Shown here in pieces: positions 1 to 11,820 of a stretch of DNA of 64,000 nt. Within the stretch, counting starts at the first letter, position 1. Each line of letters opens with the position of its first letter. Made by a program: the position numbers and the translations under genes. The notes under the pieces were generated by a model. That model saw only the letters and a list, made by a program, of their open reading frames with translations. It did not search any database and was not told the DNA's origin. Where the stretch lies: NCBI GenBank assembly GCA_964016885.1, contig OZ024740.1:48608001-48672000 (forward strand), written 5' to 3'. The stretch is from Eledone cirrhosa. Taxonomy: Eukaryota.

Positions 1-241
1 ATATCGTGAAATGCGACAGTTAGTTGATGCGTGAGAGAAAAAGTCTGTCTGAACGCGAATTCCACATGTGCGTGTGTGCGTTTCTTTGAGTATTTTCATA
101 GTTTGTCGATAAATTTGCTGTGTATTCGTAATGTTACTCACACAACACCAGATCCGCTATTTTTTTTGGGGGGTGGGGGGGGGGGGGTGACCACTTATAG
201 CGATGAACGGCTGCGTGTTCGTATCACGTCAGGGTTACCAA

Positions 242-575
242 TATAGCGAAGATACTGGGTTGTATGAATGCAACAAAACGAGACATGGTTGGTGTGTATA
301 ATATTTAATTAACAATGGTAGATAGTATAGTTGACATGTCAAAGAAATAGATGAAAGAATGAAACAAAGTTAGTCGTTACCGTTTTGATTGCCAGGCAAA
401 CGCGACTGGCAGAAGACGCCTGGCTAAGGCCAGGCGCCGGAAGGGCAATGAGAGGGAGAGAGCCGAAGGCTATTCGTTTTATAGAGCTCTGACCGGAAGT
501 TACAGAAAGGGTTCTACTTCCCGTCTAGATGTTAATCTATTGGGGTTGTGAGTCACAAGGGAGACAACCGCTACA
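242..575 (-). mobile_element. LTR of a Gypsy-like retrotransposon, followed by a tRNA-Trp primer binding site (223-240)
   Basis: Minus strand begins TGTAGCG and ends CGCTATA (short inverted termini), with an internal TATAAAA. It is followed by TGGTAACCCTGACGTGAT, complementary to the 3' end of tRNA-Trp. Confidence 0.7.
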
Positions 576-998
576 AGTCCATTCACTCCAATCATTTCTT
601 TTATTAGTATTTCTTTGTTCTTACTGCGCAAGCGATGTAATTATATTATACGCGTAGTATCTATACTAATAAAGCTGACGGCCGTATGTATGTAACAAAC
701 TTTTCGCCAAACGGCTGAACTAAACGGCACCATAGATGTAACTTTTTCCAAGTAAGAAATTGAGGCTATTTTTGTCTACTAAATTTTGTTAAAAGATTAA
801 AGATATTATTTAAATATTCACTTCTTTAAAATGTTCAAATGTCAACACTTCCGCTTATACGACATTCTTCTCTCTTTCTTAGTCTGTCTTTTTAGATAGA
901 TACATAGCTATAACGTCGCGCCCTTATAATATGTCTCTGTGTGTCTAACTGTTTGCATTATGAAAACCATTCTGTACATTGACTTCGCTATCTGTGTG

Positions 999-1046
<48 letters not shown>

Positions 1047-1236
1047 GGGGGGGGGTATAGTGTAAGTATCATAAATAAGAGACAGTTTAATTTGTGCATT
1101 TTATTACAGCATTCCTTTTTACGTATATATACATACATGAACATGTTATTTACAGTTGTATAAAAAAGAAGTATAATTGTTTCTACTTTTGGCACAAGGC
1201 CAGCAATTATTCAAGTACATTACTGGTACTTTATTA

Positions 1237-1938
1237 TCTATATATATGTCTGTCTGTCTGTCTGTTTCCCTAAAACTCGAGAACCTCCAACCGATTTTTT
1301 TCAAACTTTATACATGTAATACTTATGGTCGTGTGAGTGTTTTGAGCAAAAAATATTTCAAATTTTCAATGTTCTACGGACAGCATTAGGCAAAAGACCG
1401 ATTTTTAAAAGCATGTTGGTTGCGTTATGGCCTGTAACTCGAGAAGTACCCAACCAATTTTTTTTTAAAACTTTGCTTATGCATTACTTATGTTTCACAA
1501 GTTTTCTTGACTGAAAAAGATTTCAAATTTTTGCCCGGGGACCGCATTGTTTAGCATTTTGGTTGCGTTAGAACCTGTAACCTTAAAAGTATCCAACTAA
1601 ATTCCTTCATGCTCTCCACCACTGCAGTCCCACATGCTTACTGCTCTGTAACTATTGCTTTCATTGTACCATAGCACAATAAATACATGTTCGGTTTGTG
1701 GAATGCCTTTTTTAATTAACCGTATCGTCTTGGCTTTCGTGGGTTGAACATTTTACTCTCAGGCACCCAATTAAGTTAAATCCCTGGTAATCTACGACGA
1801 ATTTTTTTTATAAGCACAAAATGTAGACACCATCCCCAGGTCGAGGTATTCCGTACTTCTTTGTACTATTTCAGAAAGCAGGGATAAACATGCCAATCTA
1901 TGTTTAGAATCCCGAGCAACGCCGGGCCATTCTGCTAG
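1237..1938 (+). mobile_element. Non-autonomous Helitron-like element
   Basis: 5' TCTATA start followed by (GTCT)n. 3' end has a CCCGAGCAACGCCGGG hairpin then CTAG|T. A related 5' piece lies near 660, and 3' ends at ~2570 (+) and ~63760-63790 (-). Confidence 0.6.
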
Positions 1939-2114
1939 TATATAATATATATAATGCGACATTCCTCTTCTTTCTTACTCTGTCAGTTTAGATAGATACA
2001 TAGGTATAACGTCGCGTACTTATAATATCTGTATGAATGTCTGCCTGTCTCCATTGACTTCGCTTCTAACTAACTTTTAATTAATTATATATATATAATT
2101 ATATATTCGTGTAC

Positions 2115-2450
2115 ATATTTTCAATAGTAATACTATACTATATATTTTCAACAGTAATACTATACTATACTAGATATTTTCAACAGTAATACTATACTAT
2201 ATATTTATAACAGTAATACTGTACTGTATTATATATTTTCAACAGTAATACTATATGTTTTAAACAGTAATATTATACTATATATTTTCAACAGTAATAC
2301 TATACTATATATTTTCAACAGTAATACTGTACTATATATTTTCAACAGTAATACTATACTATATATTTTCAACAGTAATACTATACTATACGTTTTCAAC
2401 AGTCATACTAAACTATACTATATATTTTCAACAGTAATACTATACTACAC
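2115..2450. repeat. Minisatellite, unit ~TATATTTTCAACAGTAATACTATAC (about 23-33 bp)
   Basis: About a dozen tandem copies are visible. Confidence 0.9.
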
Positions 2451-2491
2451 AGACGGCTTATCGTCTGTTTATCCAAGCTAGGTACGTCAGC

Positions 2492-2522
<31 letters not shown>

Positions 2523-2813
2523 ATACCGTAGAACACGCCAATGGTAGGCGGGCGCTAGCTGGACGGACCAGCTAGTTTTCAATAAACTCTTCGTATGTCC
2601 ATCCTATATTTTCAGAACCACATTTTTTAAAACGCTCTTGGTGTTCATTACAAGTTAAGGGATTACTTTTGCTGTTATTAAATCCTGTGACTTTGTATAT
2701 ATGATCTTGAACCCCCTACTGTGTAAATAAGAGGAAATAACCTATATTAAAATATTTACTTGCTGTTATCTGTACCAGGACCTATAAGAAAACTATTTTT
2801 TTCAGCCGATGAC

Positions 2814-3088
2814 TAGGGCCGGTGCTAGACTATCTGGTTAGATTCTGATACCCCACTCCAAAGGAAAGTATCAATTTCAAAATTTATAAGCAATGAATTA
2901 AAAAAAGTTATTTTCAACATTTATTTTTCCTGTATGAAATAAACCAGGATAAAAAAAAAAAGACCCTCAATAAAACTGAAATTTATTTATTTATTTTTCA
3001 AAATTGTTGTTGATATGGAAAAATGCGCCCTCTGAAATCAGCGTCCGAGGCAGCTGCCTAGTTTTCCTATATGGTAGCGCCGGCCCTG
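2814..3088. mobile_element. hAT-like MITE
   Basis: Termini TAGGGCCGGTGCTA...TAGCGCCGGCCCTG, with an imperfect 8-bp TSD CCGATGAC/CCTGTGAC. Confidence 0.55.
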
Positions 3089-3229
3089 CCTGTGACGTTC
3101 GGAGGGGAATGGCTGTTAACAGCGATGCTTTTGTCATTGTTGGCAACTCACTTTACTGATGTATCAAGTGATGCTTGTGAGAGTGCTTGGCTATCCCTCA
3201 GGGTTTCCCTCTAATAATTTTTTAGGTAA

Positions 3230-3660
3230 ATCAACGCACCCGCAGCATTGCCACGAATGATAGCGAGGCTAAGGCACTTGAATAGCTAAGCACGCTCGCG
3301 GCCATAACCTGGTATGTCAGTAAGGTGAGCCGCTTACAACAACAAAAAACCTCGTTGTCAGCGGCCCAACTCCCCCATCGTTTTGAACGTCACAGACTGG
3401 AAAAAATATTTTTGTGATAATTCCTGGTATTTTAAAATGTTGTTCCGTTCGGCTACGGATGCAGTGACCCTCGCCTTCACCCCCAGCATCCAGGTTGTAG
3501 ACAGGAGCAAATGGGTCATTAACTGTGGCATCTCAAAGAGACATCAGCCTCTTACCAAGGAGAAAAGGGTAAGCCCATTTGGCCTCTTTCCATCAACCCT
3601 GGACAATCCAGCTGTCTCCAGAATTGAGCGGATATTTACTTGAGCCAGGACACGCTTCAT
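3230..3660 (-). mobile_element. Degenerate CRE-like non-LTR retrotransposon, restriction-like endonuclease fragment
   Basis: Minus-strand translation with stops: GLSRVDGKRPNGLTL...DATV...KYQELSQKYFFQSVTFKTMGELG...LSLAIIRGNAA. Confidence 0.6.
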
Positions 3661-4117
3661 AATTAAGTTCAGCTAGGCATAGCGGCATGACAATCCATGA
3701 AGACTCGTGGTGTAAAGGGGACTGCCACGACGACATTTAAATCCCCTACACATATCGGTTCCAACGAGGTGAATAGAAATAGCAGTCAACCAATACCCCA
3801 CCACTTTAAGAGCACACCGTTTTGTTTAAAGAAAAATAGGACATATGGCATAGTGTTGTACAAGTAACACAATGTAGGGCTACCGCACAAATTTCATAAA
3901 AATAGCAGAAAACTTTCCCAATGTAGCGGATTGTCTTTACATGTTTCCTCAGTGAAACAGAAGTCTAGTCTGACACATCGTTATTGAAAATTTTCTCTTT
4001 ATACATTCTATTTATAAACCTCCTAACAACAAAGAATATTCTTAATGTTAAAAATACATACATACATACCTACATACATACATGCATACAAACTTACATA
4101 CATACATACATACATAC

Positions 4118-4728
4118 ATGGTGGCTGCCAACTCGTTTTCGAGTACGGCCACTACTTTATATCCATGTAGGAGAACCCCTACCGATGCGCTGAACGAGTG
4201 TGACTTTTTAGTCCAGCCAGCGACTTGAAAACTCTGGTACAAACACTACACTTGTGACAATTATTGACACTTAGTGCTGGGCCCATGGTATCATGTGACG
4301 ACAAGTGCAGGGAGATCTCCAGATATAAAGCAATGCCTGTGCCGTGAAGCTTTTATAGTGAGCAAAGGCACTGCACAAAGCCAGTCCCACTCTCTTAACC
4401 AAGATGATATTTACCAAAAAGAAGAACAAGTCAACATCATTGGATACCATCAGAGTTGCAGGTGTTATATCAGAGTTTTCCTTCTCCTAGAATTCTGCCT
4501 TGACAAAGGCTAAGGGGTCATCTCTCCCGGTGATTTTGGATGGCCATTGACTCTTAAGAGCTCCTTTGCCCTTTGACAGGTTTTGTTTTTAGTCCTGCAG
4601 GATGTCCAAAGTCCCCCTCCTCACCAAGAAACCTTGGTGGGGTTGTCAGTTTAGTCGCCAACGACCCGACCATGAGACAGGTTGTACTGGGATACATGTT
4701 ACCAGTAGCACCAACTGGTGACCTGACA
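4118..4728 (-). mobile_element. Non-autonomous RTE-derived retroposon embedded in (TACA)n
   Basis: RTE-type 3' end (GGCCGTACTCGAAAACGAG...ATG tail) and RTE 5'-UTR-like motif TCTAGGAGAAGGAAAACTCTGAT. Related copies at 8545-8880 and 10477-10802. Confidence 0.6.
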
Positions 4729-4760
4729 TAAATACATACATACATACATACATACATACA

Positions 4761-5099
4761 TTCTGGGCTTCACAGAAACAGAAAGAACACGACTAGTTAA
4801 GAATTACAAGTACAATCCATTAATGGAACAGTAAAAATATGTAAAACATTCCAAAAATTCTGCATCTAATAACTGCATATACACTTGTACAGATACAAGC
4901 ATATGCACATGCACACATACAATTCAAAACATCCACATCCACACATACAATAACATCCATACCTGTACACACATACATGCATGCAGATGCATATATATCT
5001 ACCTAGTTGATGTGTAAATTCCAATGAGAGTCTTGTGTCTATGTTAGAAACCGACTCTCTCTCTATTGGCAAAAATTTGTGAAATTATAAAACCAGAAC
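4761..5099 (+). mobile_element. 5'-truncated copy of the R4/Dong-like element (ORF end plus 3' UTR)
   Basis: Aligns with ~10110-10420 (LGFTETERT...KICKTFQKFCI* plus UTR). Starts right after (TACA)n. Confidence 0.85.
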
Positions 5100-5100
5100 G

Positions 5101-5248
<148 letters not shown>

Positions 5249-5527
5249 TTGCCTGAGGGTTGTTTCAAATTTACTTAGTTGATAATCTGATATGATATTC
5301 AATAAGCGCCTTTACCTTTAAAAATTAACATTTAAAAGTAGCAATAACCCATGTTAAAAATAAACAGTAGCGTAGAAAAGCAGCATAACTCGATAGCTGT
5401 AACCAAACCTTGATATTGTGTCTGAATTAAACAAAGGATGGCTGGTTGTAGATGAAAAGTATTTCGTCTGATGCTTAACATTGTATACAGAAAACACGTG
5501 ATAATTTGTTGTGTGACGGCCGATTTG

Positions 5528-5588
5528 GGTTCTATGATGTGATGGTTCTCCGAATCCAGCGACACGAGTTCTAGTCTCGGTAGAACCT
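5528..5588 (+). pseudogene. tRNA-Gln pseudogene with an internal ~11-nt deletion
   Basis: GGTTCTATGATGTGATGGTT-//-CTCCGAATCCAGCGACACGAGTTCTAGTCTCGGTAGAACCT matches metazoan tRNA-Gln (GGTTCCATGGTGTAATGGTTAGCACTCTGGACTCTGAATCCAGCGATCCGAGTTCAAATCTCGGTGGAACCT) but lacks the 3' D-stem and 5' anticodon stem. Confidence 0.75.
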
Positions 5589-5742
5589 GTTGATTAAATT
5601 ATTCTTTTTATTTATTTATATTTTGTTATATTCACTGCGAGGACAGTAGATTGGCAGAGTTAGTTACGGCCCTTCATGTTTTGAATTTAAATCCCACCGA
5701 GGTAACTTTATCTTTCATCCTTCAGAGATCGATGAAATATAA

Positions 5743-6180
5743 TTGTTTCTACTTTTGGCACACGGCCAGCAATTACCCAGTGCATTACCGGTTCTTTATT
5801 TTATCGACCCCGTAAGGGTGAAAGGCAAAGTTAACCTCGGCGGGATTTGAACTCAGAATGGCAAGGGCCATAACTCTATGCGTCAAAGCATGGTGTCCCA
5901 CCCTCTACCGATACTGCCAATCCGCCAGTAAAGTACTGGAGTTCATTTAATCGACTTTCTCTCTCCTCTCAAAATTGCTGGCCTTGAGCCTAAATTAGGG
6001 GTGGTATCGGTAGAGGGTCGGACGCCATGCTTTCCAGCATAGTTACGTCCCTTTACGATCTGAGTTCAAATCCCGCCGAGGTTGACTTTGCCTTTCATCC
6101 TTACGGGGTCGATAAAATAAAGTACCAGTAATGCACTGGGTAATTGCTGGCCTTGTGCTTAAAGTAGAAACAATTATTAT
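5743..6180. mobile_element. Head-to-head pair of ~185-bp tRNA-derived SINEs (dominant SINE family of the window)
   Basis: B-box GAGTTCAAATCCC, central GTTGACTTTGCCTTTCATCCTTACGGGGTCGATAAAATAAAGTACCAG (recalled as Meta-domain-like), tail GTAGAAACAATTATT. Other copies at ~19125, 22355, 23127, 26229, 29899, 35640, 37190, 46980, 50440 and 54403. Confidence 0.85.
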
Positions 6181-6583
6181 TAGAGCAGAAAATGTGCTTA
6201 TAAATTATGTTTTTCAGCCTGTGGCATTTGAGAATGAAAAGTGCTGCCCCCATAAACGTATCGCCCGGGTTTACTTTTTTACACATTTATAAATTGTCAA
6301 TCTTTTCATAAATTCTCTTTAGCTATTTAAACATTAAATGATGTAGTATTGGATGCATACTGCCTTCATAAAAGATGAAGTAGAAGTTTAAGACGAGGAA
6401 AAAGAAGAGGCACAAAACCGATGGTCATTGAGGAGGTCACAGAATGTGTGACGAAAGAACTTTGACAAACGAGTTAATAACGAACAATAAAGATAAAGAT
6501 AAAGTGAAAATTATATGGTATGTTTGTTTCTTTCAATTGGCAATATTGGCAACTTGACAATCGCCAAATATAATAATATAACA

Positions 6584-6649
<66 letters not shown>

Positions 6650-6655
<6 letters not shown>

Positions 6656-7150
6656 GTAATCTGAGTTTTTCGAATATTAATAATATTCGATTCGTTTGCA
6701 AAAATGCAAACAGCCTCCTTAAAGCCATGTCAGTAGAATGACCCCGTAATTCTTGCCCTTGTGTTGGTATGCAAACAGAACTGCAGACACTAATGTTTCT
6801 GGGTGATTACCCTTCATCAGTACAGTATACTACTTTCCTACCAACTGTTAGAGCTAGTGAAAATATATGATATTTTCTAAAATATACAGTGGCTGATCGG
6901 CCTGATTTGCATATTAGCAGACTGCCTGATCAGTCAGATCTGCATATTAGCAGACCCACTAATCAGCAAGATTTGCATATCAACAGATAGGCCAGTCAGT
7001 TTCCTGTATACGAGTGATTAATGGCCGACTTTGCCACATTCAAATAACTAACAAATCGTTTATCGCTCTACATGGCTGAATACAATAAATGTAGTCTGAG
7101 TTTTTCGAATATTAATAATAATATTCGATTCGTTTGCAATTATGCAAATG
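6650..7150 (-). mobile_element. Penelope-like pLTR / retrozyme-like repeat with a hammerhead motif (6781-6825)
   Basis: ~60-bp direct repeat at 6650 and 7086. Minus strand reads CTGTA-CTGATGA-AGGGTAATCACCCA-GAAACA-TTAG-TGTC-TGCAG. Confidence 0.55.
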
Positions 7151-7217
7151 ATGAATATTTTTTTAAAAAATCATGTTCACTTAAAAATAATTTTTAAATA
7201 ATTAAAATATACACAGA

Positions 7218-7268
<51 letters not shown>

Positions 7269-8119
7269 GTGTCTGTAACCTATATACACTGGTCACAGAC
7301 ATGCACGCATACACACACACACACACACACATATATACACACACACTTAGAAACCCTTTCTATTTAGCAGGAAATATTCGCTACACACATCCTGTCCTAA
7401 CACAAGTTATATGATACATATGATTTAATATTCAATCACCAAACTCGCGCTAGATACAATAATACTGTATTCGATTCTTTGCAGTCACCTGTTATAATTT
7501 CATTCAACAACAGCACCAGCTCCCCCCTCTCTCTCTCCATTTTCCTTCTCTGTCTCCTCCTCCTCTCTCTTTCTTTCTCTCTCTCTATGCCTCTCTTTCA
7601 ATCTACTCTCTCACAACCACTATCTTGTTCTCTCTATCGTTATCTCTCTCTATTTATGAAGGTACCCGGAAAAAACCCGTATCTCGGGAACCCGTGCTCC
7701 GATTTACGCAAAACTTGTTTTATTCCCTTTGTATTCCCATTTCAGGGGCTACTTCCTTTCAAAGTATTTTCCCATTATTCGCCGTTTTAGCTGTATTAAA
7801 TTACAGACAAGCATACAATTACAGAGTTTTAGTAGTATGTCGGATAAAATGCTTTACGGTATTCGTCCCACCTCATTTCGCGCTCTCAGTTCAAATCCCG
7901 CCGAGGTCAACTTTACCTTTCATTCTTTCGAGGTCGAAAATAAAAAATACCAGTCCAGTATTGTGGTCGATTCTTCCTCTATAGAAAAAATCGGTTGTGT
8001 TCAAGCCTGGAGAGGGTTGGCCTCGCCAGGTTTATAAGTGCCCTAGACACACTGTATGAAGGTGCCTCTACGGCCCCACCAGGAATTATGGGATTTTTAT
8101 CCTTTTTTTTTAATACATA

Positions 8120-8530
8120 CATTGATATACATACTGCAACAAGGCACTCCTGATACAGCTTGTTCTTCTCTTCAATGAATACGGTGATTGCAGCGTTATC
8201 ATCATCAAACCAGTTTTTTATCTTCTTAAGACCAAGTACATCAGCTCTAACGCTGTAAATCTGTGTTTTAAACTGTTCCCAAATTCCATCAAGAACGAGG
8301 TTGTTAAGTGCATTTTGAAGAGCATCTCGCATTTCTGCACTTTGCAGTTTTGACACATCTATACGTTTTGGCACTTGTACCCATGTTGTCCTCAATTTTC
8401 TTCTGATCTGCACCGTCATCTAGCCTGCACAAGTTTGTGGTCTGTACCACATTCTGCACCACGCATTACTCTTACAGGGCAGATATCCTGGACGTCTCTC
8501 TTCCTGCTAATGAAATAATAAAGATGTGTT
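8120..8530 (-). mobile_element. RTE (BovB-like) LINE fragment, end of endonuclease plus linker
   Basis: VMRGAEWYTDHKLV...PKRIDVSKLQ...WEQFKTQIY...NWFDDDNAAI. Confidence 0.7.
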
Positions 8531-9119
8531 CATGTTTCGTTACATACATACATGATGATGATGGCTGGCCCCTCGTTATCGAGTATGGCCATTGCACAAT
8601 ATACCATTATTAATAATAATTAATTAATTCTATCGTGCAATGCCTGTGCGTGAATATATTTTTTAAAGTGACGAAAGACTGTGCACTGAGCCAATCCCAC
8701 TCTCTGAGCGACAGTAGCTATAACCTGAAAAGAAGAAAAGATCAACATCAGCGGTAACTACTAAACGGGCAACCCCACCAAGTTTATTTGGCGAAGAGGG
8801 TGATTTTGGACACCCTGCAGGGCAAAAAAAGAAACCTGACAAAGGGCGGAAGAACTCATAAGGGTCAACGGCCATCCAAAAGTGTGTAAATATGTATATA
8901 CACATGTACATGTGTGTGTATATGTGTATATGCATGGGTGCATGTGTATGTATATGTGCGGGGAGGGACATAGAAATAGTCGGACTGGACACCCGATCGC
9001 GCGGTTAAACCACTGGGAGTGAAGGACCCCTAGCCTTTCTCAGGGCATTCTTCTAGGAAAAGCAACTCAGGAAACTGGGATAACTCCGATATAAAACATA
9101 CATACATACATACATACAT

Positions 9120-10423
9120 ATGGCCGCCTTCAACAGTGACATAGACCGCCTTTACTTGAAACGTAAGCAGGGAGGCAGAAGCCTAACATCAGTCCAGACA
9201 ACATTTGAATGTCGCATCATATCTCTCCGAGAACATCTCCGAACCTCGAAGCGTAGGAGCCCGTTTCTCGAGCAAGTCTATCTGCATGAAACAGATAAGA
9301 TCATGAGAGTTGGGAAGGAACTCCTCGAGAGATATTCCCTGTGTGATAATCAAAAACTCACACCCAGGGAAGTCGCTCAGCAGTATCGCAGTGAATCCAT
9401 GGATGAAAAACTGCATGCTTATCAGCAAAAAATCATGCATGTATATGTTGCTAGGAAGTTCCAGAGTGAGAGTAATATAGATAAAGAAAGTAGTCTATCT
9501 TGGACCAACAACCGCTATATTGGCTCCCACTTTGAAGGATATGCTTTTGCAATCCAAGAACAGGCGATTAACACGAAATACCTGATTCACAAAAGAGATA
9601 GGGATGCAGGCAAAACACCTAGATGTGATAACAAGTGCAGACTCTGCAGAACTAACATCGAGGATATCACCCATGTCATCAGCAGCTGTCCAAAGATGTC
9701 ATCGCGGTACTATCTACCTATGAGGCATGATGTAGTGGCCAAAACACTGTACGATGCAGTTCGTAAAAAAGATAGCCCCGATAATAAACACTTTAAAAGC
9801 TACAGCAATGTGGAAGACATCCACGTACATAATATGAAAGAGTACTGGTGGAATGTTCCAGTAAAAACCCCAATAAAACGCAGGCATAACAGACCAGATA
9901 TTATGATATGAGACAGGGAGAAGAAAGCATGCACAGTAGTGGAAATTAGCTGCCCAGCAGATGCCAATATAATATCAAAGATTAGCGAAAAGGAGAATAT
10001 TTCTGCAGAACTGATGAGAAATCTGCAGATACTCCACCCTGATTACACTTTCAGATTTATGCCTGTGATTATTGGGGCACTGGGGTATGTTAATACAAAT
10101 CTTGAGAAGCTAGGCTTCACAGGAACAGAAAGAACACAACTAGTTAGGAAATTACAAGTACAATCCATTAATGGAACAGTAAAAATATGTAAAACATTCC
10201 AAAAATTTTGCATCTAATAACTGCATATACACATGTACAGATAAAAGCATATACACATGCACACATACAACTCAAAACATACACATCCACGCATACAATA
10301 ACATCCATATCTACACATGCAGACATACATATCTACCTAGTTGATGTTGTGTAAATTCCAATGAGAGAGTATTGTGTCTATGTTAGGAACCGACTCTCTC
10401 TTGAAATTATAAAACCAGAAGAA
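9120..10423 (+). mobile_element. 5'-truncated R4/Dong-clade non-LTR retrotransposon with restriction-like endonuclease (one in-frame stop near 9909)
   Basis: DIDRLYLKRKQGGR motif, CCHC knuckle CRLC...HVISSC, RHD, RPD and EISCP...K motifs. Flanked on both sides by (TACA)n. Confidence 0.85.
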
Positions 10424-10476
10424 CATACATACATACATACATACATACATACATACATACATACATACATACATAC

Positions 10477-10802
10477 ATGGTGGCTGCCAACTCGTTTTCG
10501 AGTACGGCCACTACTTTATATCCATGTAGGAGAACCCCTACCGATGCGCTGAACGAGTGTGACTTTTTAGTCCAGCCAGCGACTTGAAAACTCTGGTACA
10601 AACAGTACATTTATGACAACTACTGACACATAGTGCTGGGCCCATAGTACCATGTGACGACAAGGCAGAATTCTAGAAGGAAAACTCTGATATAACACCT
10701 GCAACCCTGATGATATCCAATGATGTTGACTTGTTCTTCTTTTTGGTAAATATCATCTTGGTTAAGAGAGTGGGACTGGCCTTGTGCAGTGCCTTTGCTC
10801 AC
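10477..10802 (-). mobile_element. Second copy of the RTE-derived retroposon, with its 5' part inverted
   Basis: 10477-10664 is collinear with 4118-4305. 10661-10802 is the reverse complement of 4358-4502. Confidence 0.85.
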
Positions 10803-10989
10803 ATACATACATACATACATATGTACATACATACATACATACATACATACATACATACATACATACATACATGCATACATACATACATACATACATACAT
10901 ACATACATACATACAGTGGTAGTCGATTAGTATTTGTAGGCTGTACATGATTCTACATCACGAAAGGAAATCCTCCTCGTCGTTGCTGC

Positions 10990-11820
10990 CTCAGTGACAA
11001 TTCCATTGCCTTTGCAATCGAATTTGAACTACATTGTTACGAAGTTAGGACAGGAGTCAGCTTTAGCCGATGGACTGGTGAAGGCCTCACTCTTCCCCAG
11101 TATACAGATATCCAGCGTAACTGGGATGGCATCAAATGCAGATCTACCTTCGGGAAAATTGAATGTTACCTGCCTTCGATACGCCTTGCAACAAAACAGC
11201 AACGCGTGGCTCACTTTGGTGCCTTGTTCATCAATCGGTACCCTTCTTGATGATTTTTGTTCACATCAGAATGGACCAGCGCCTCGGCCTCTGCCTATGT
11301 GTGCCTCACAAATTCCACAGTTGAGCTGTTGTTGACGAGTTCAGTCTGCACCCGCTACCATGCTGCCATAGCACAGGCCAGTACCCCCGGTACACCCCTC
11401 TGAATGATACCATAAAGTGGAGCCATGACGCAGCCGTCTTCCCGTCACAACTGGAGTCAACCGGCCTTGAGTGTGGTGATAGTAAGCGCTCCGACGGAAT
11501 AGCCCTCTTCCTTTCGAGGGAGATCAATCTCTAAGCTGGGACCTGGCGTGTTGAGACTCATTCTCCGCTTCCGCCTGCAGCCTCGTCGCTTCAGCCGCAA
11601 ACCCGGACAACGCAGAAGAGAGAAAAATGGCTAAATACCGGGGCTTGACCGGCTGCTTTCTTTTCGTACCGGTCGCCGTTGAGACCTCAGATGTTCTCGG
11701 TCCCTACACTGCTGATTTCCTTCGTAAAATCGAAAAGACAGCAGCTCGCTTGAGGAAGTACCCTGTGAAACTGAGTGGCTGTTGCAGCAGGTGTCGCTAG
11801 TCATTCTCCACGGCAACACA
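10990..11820 (+). mobile_element. Degenerate CRE-like non-LTR retrotransposon, C-terminal region
   Basis: Broken reading frame: LNDTIK...GLECGDSKRSDGI...AEERKMAKYRGL...FVPVAVETSDVLGP...WLLQQVSLVILHGN. Confidence 0.65.

Noticed and set aside
2115-2450. Regularly repeated unit resembling a CRISPR array
   Set aside because: No unique spacers; it is a eukaryotic minisatellite.
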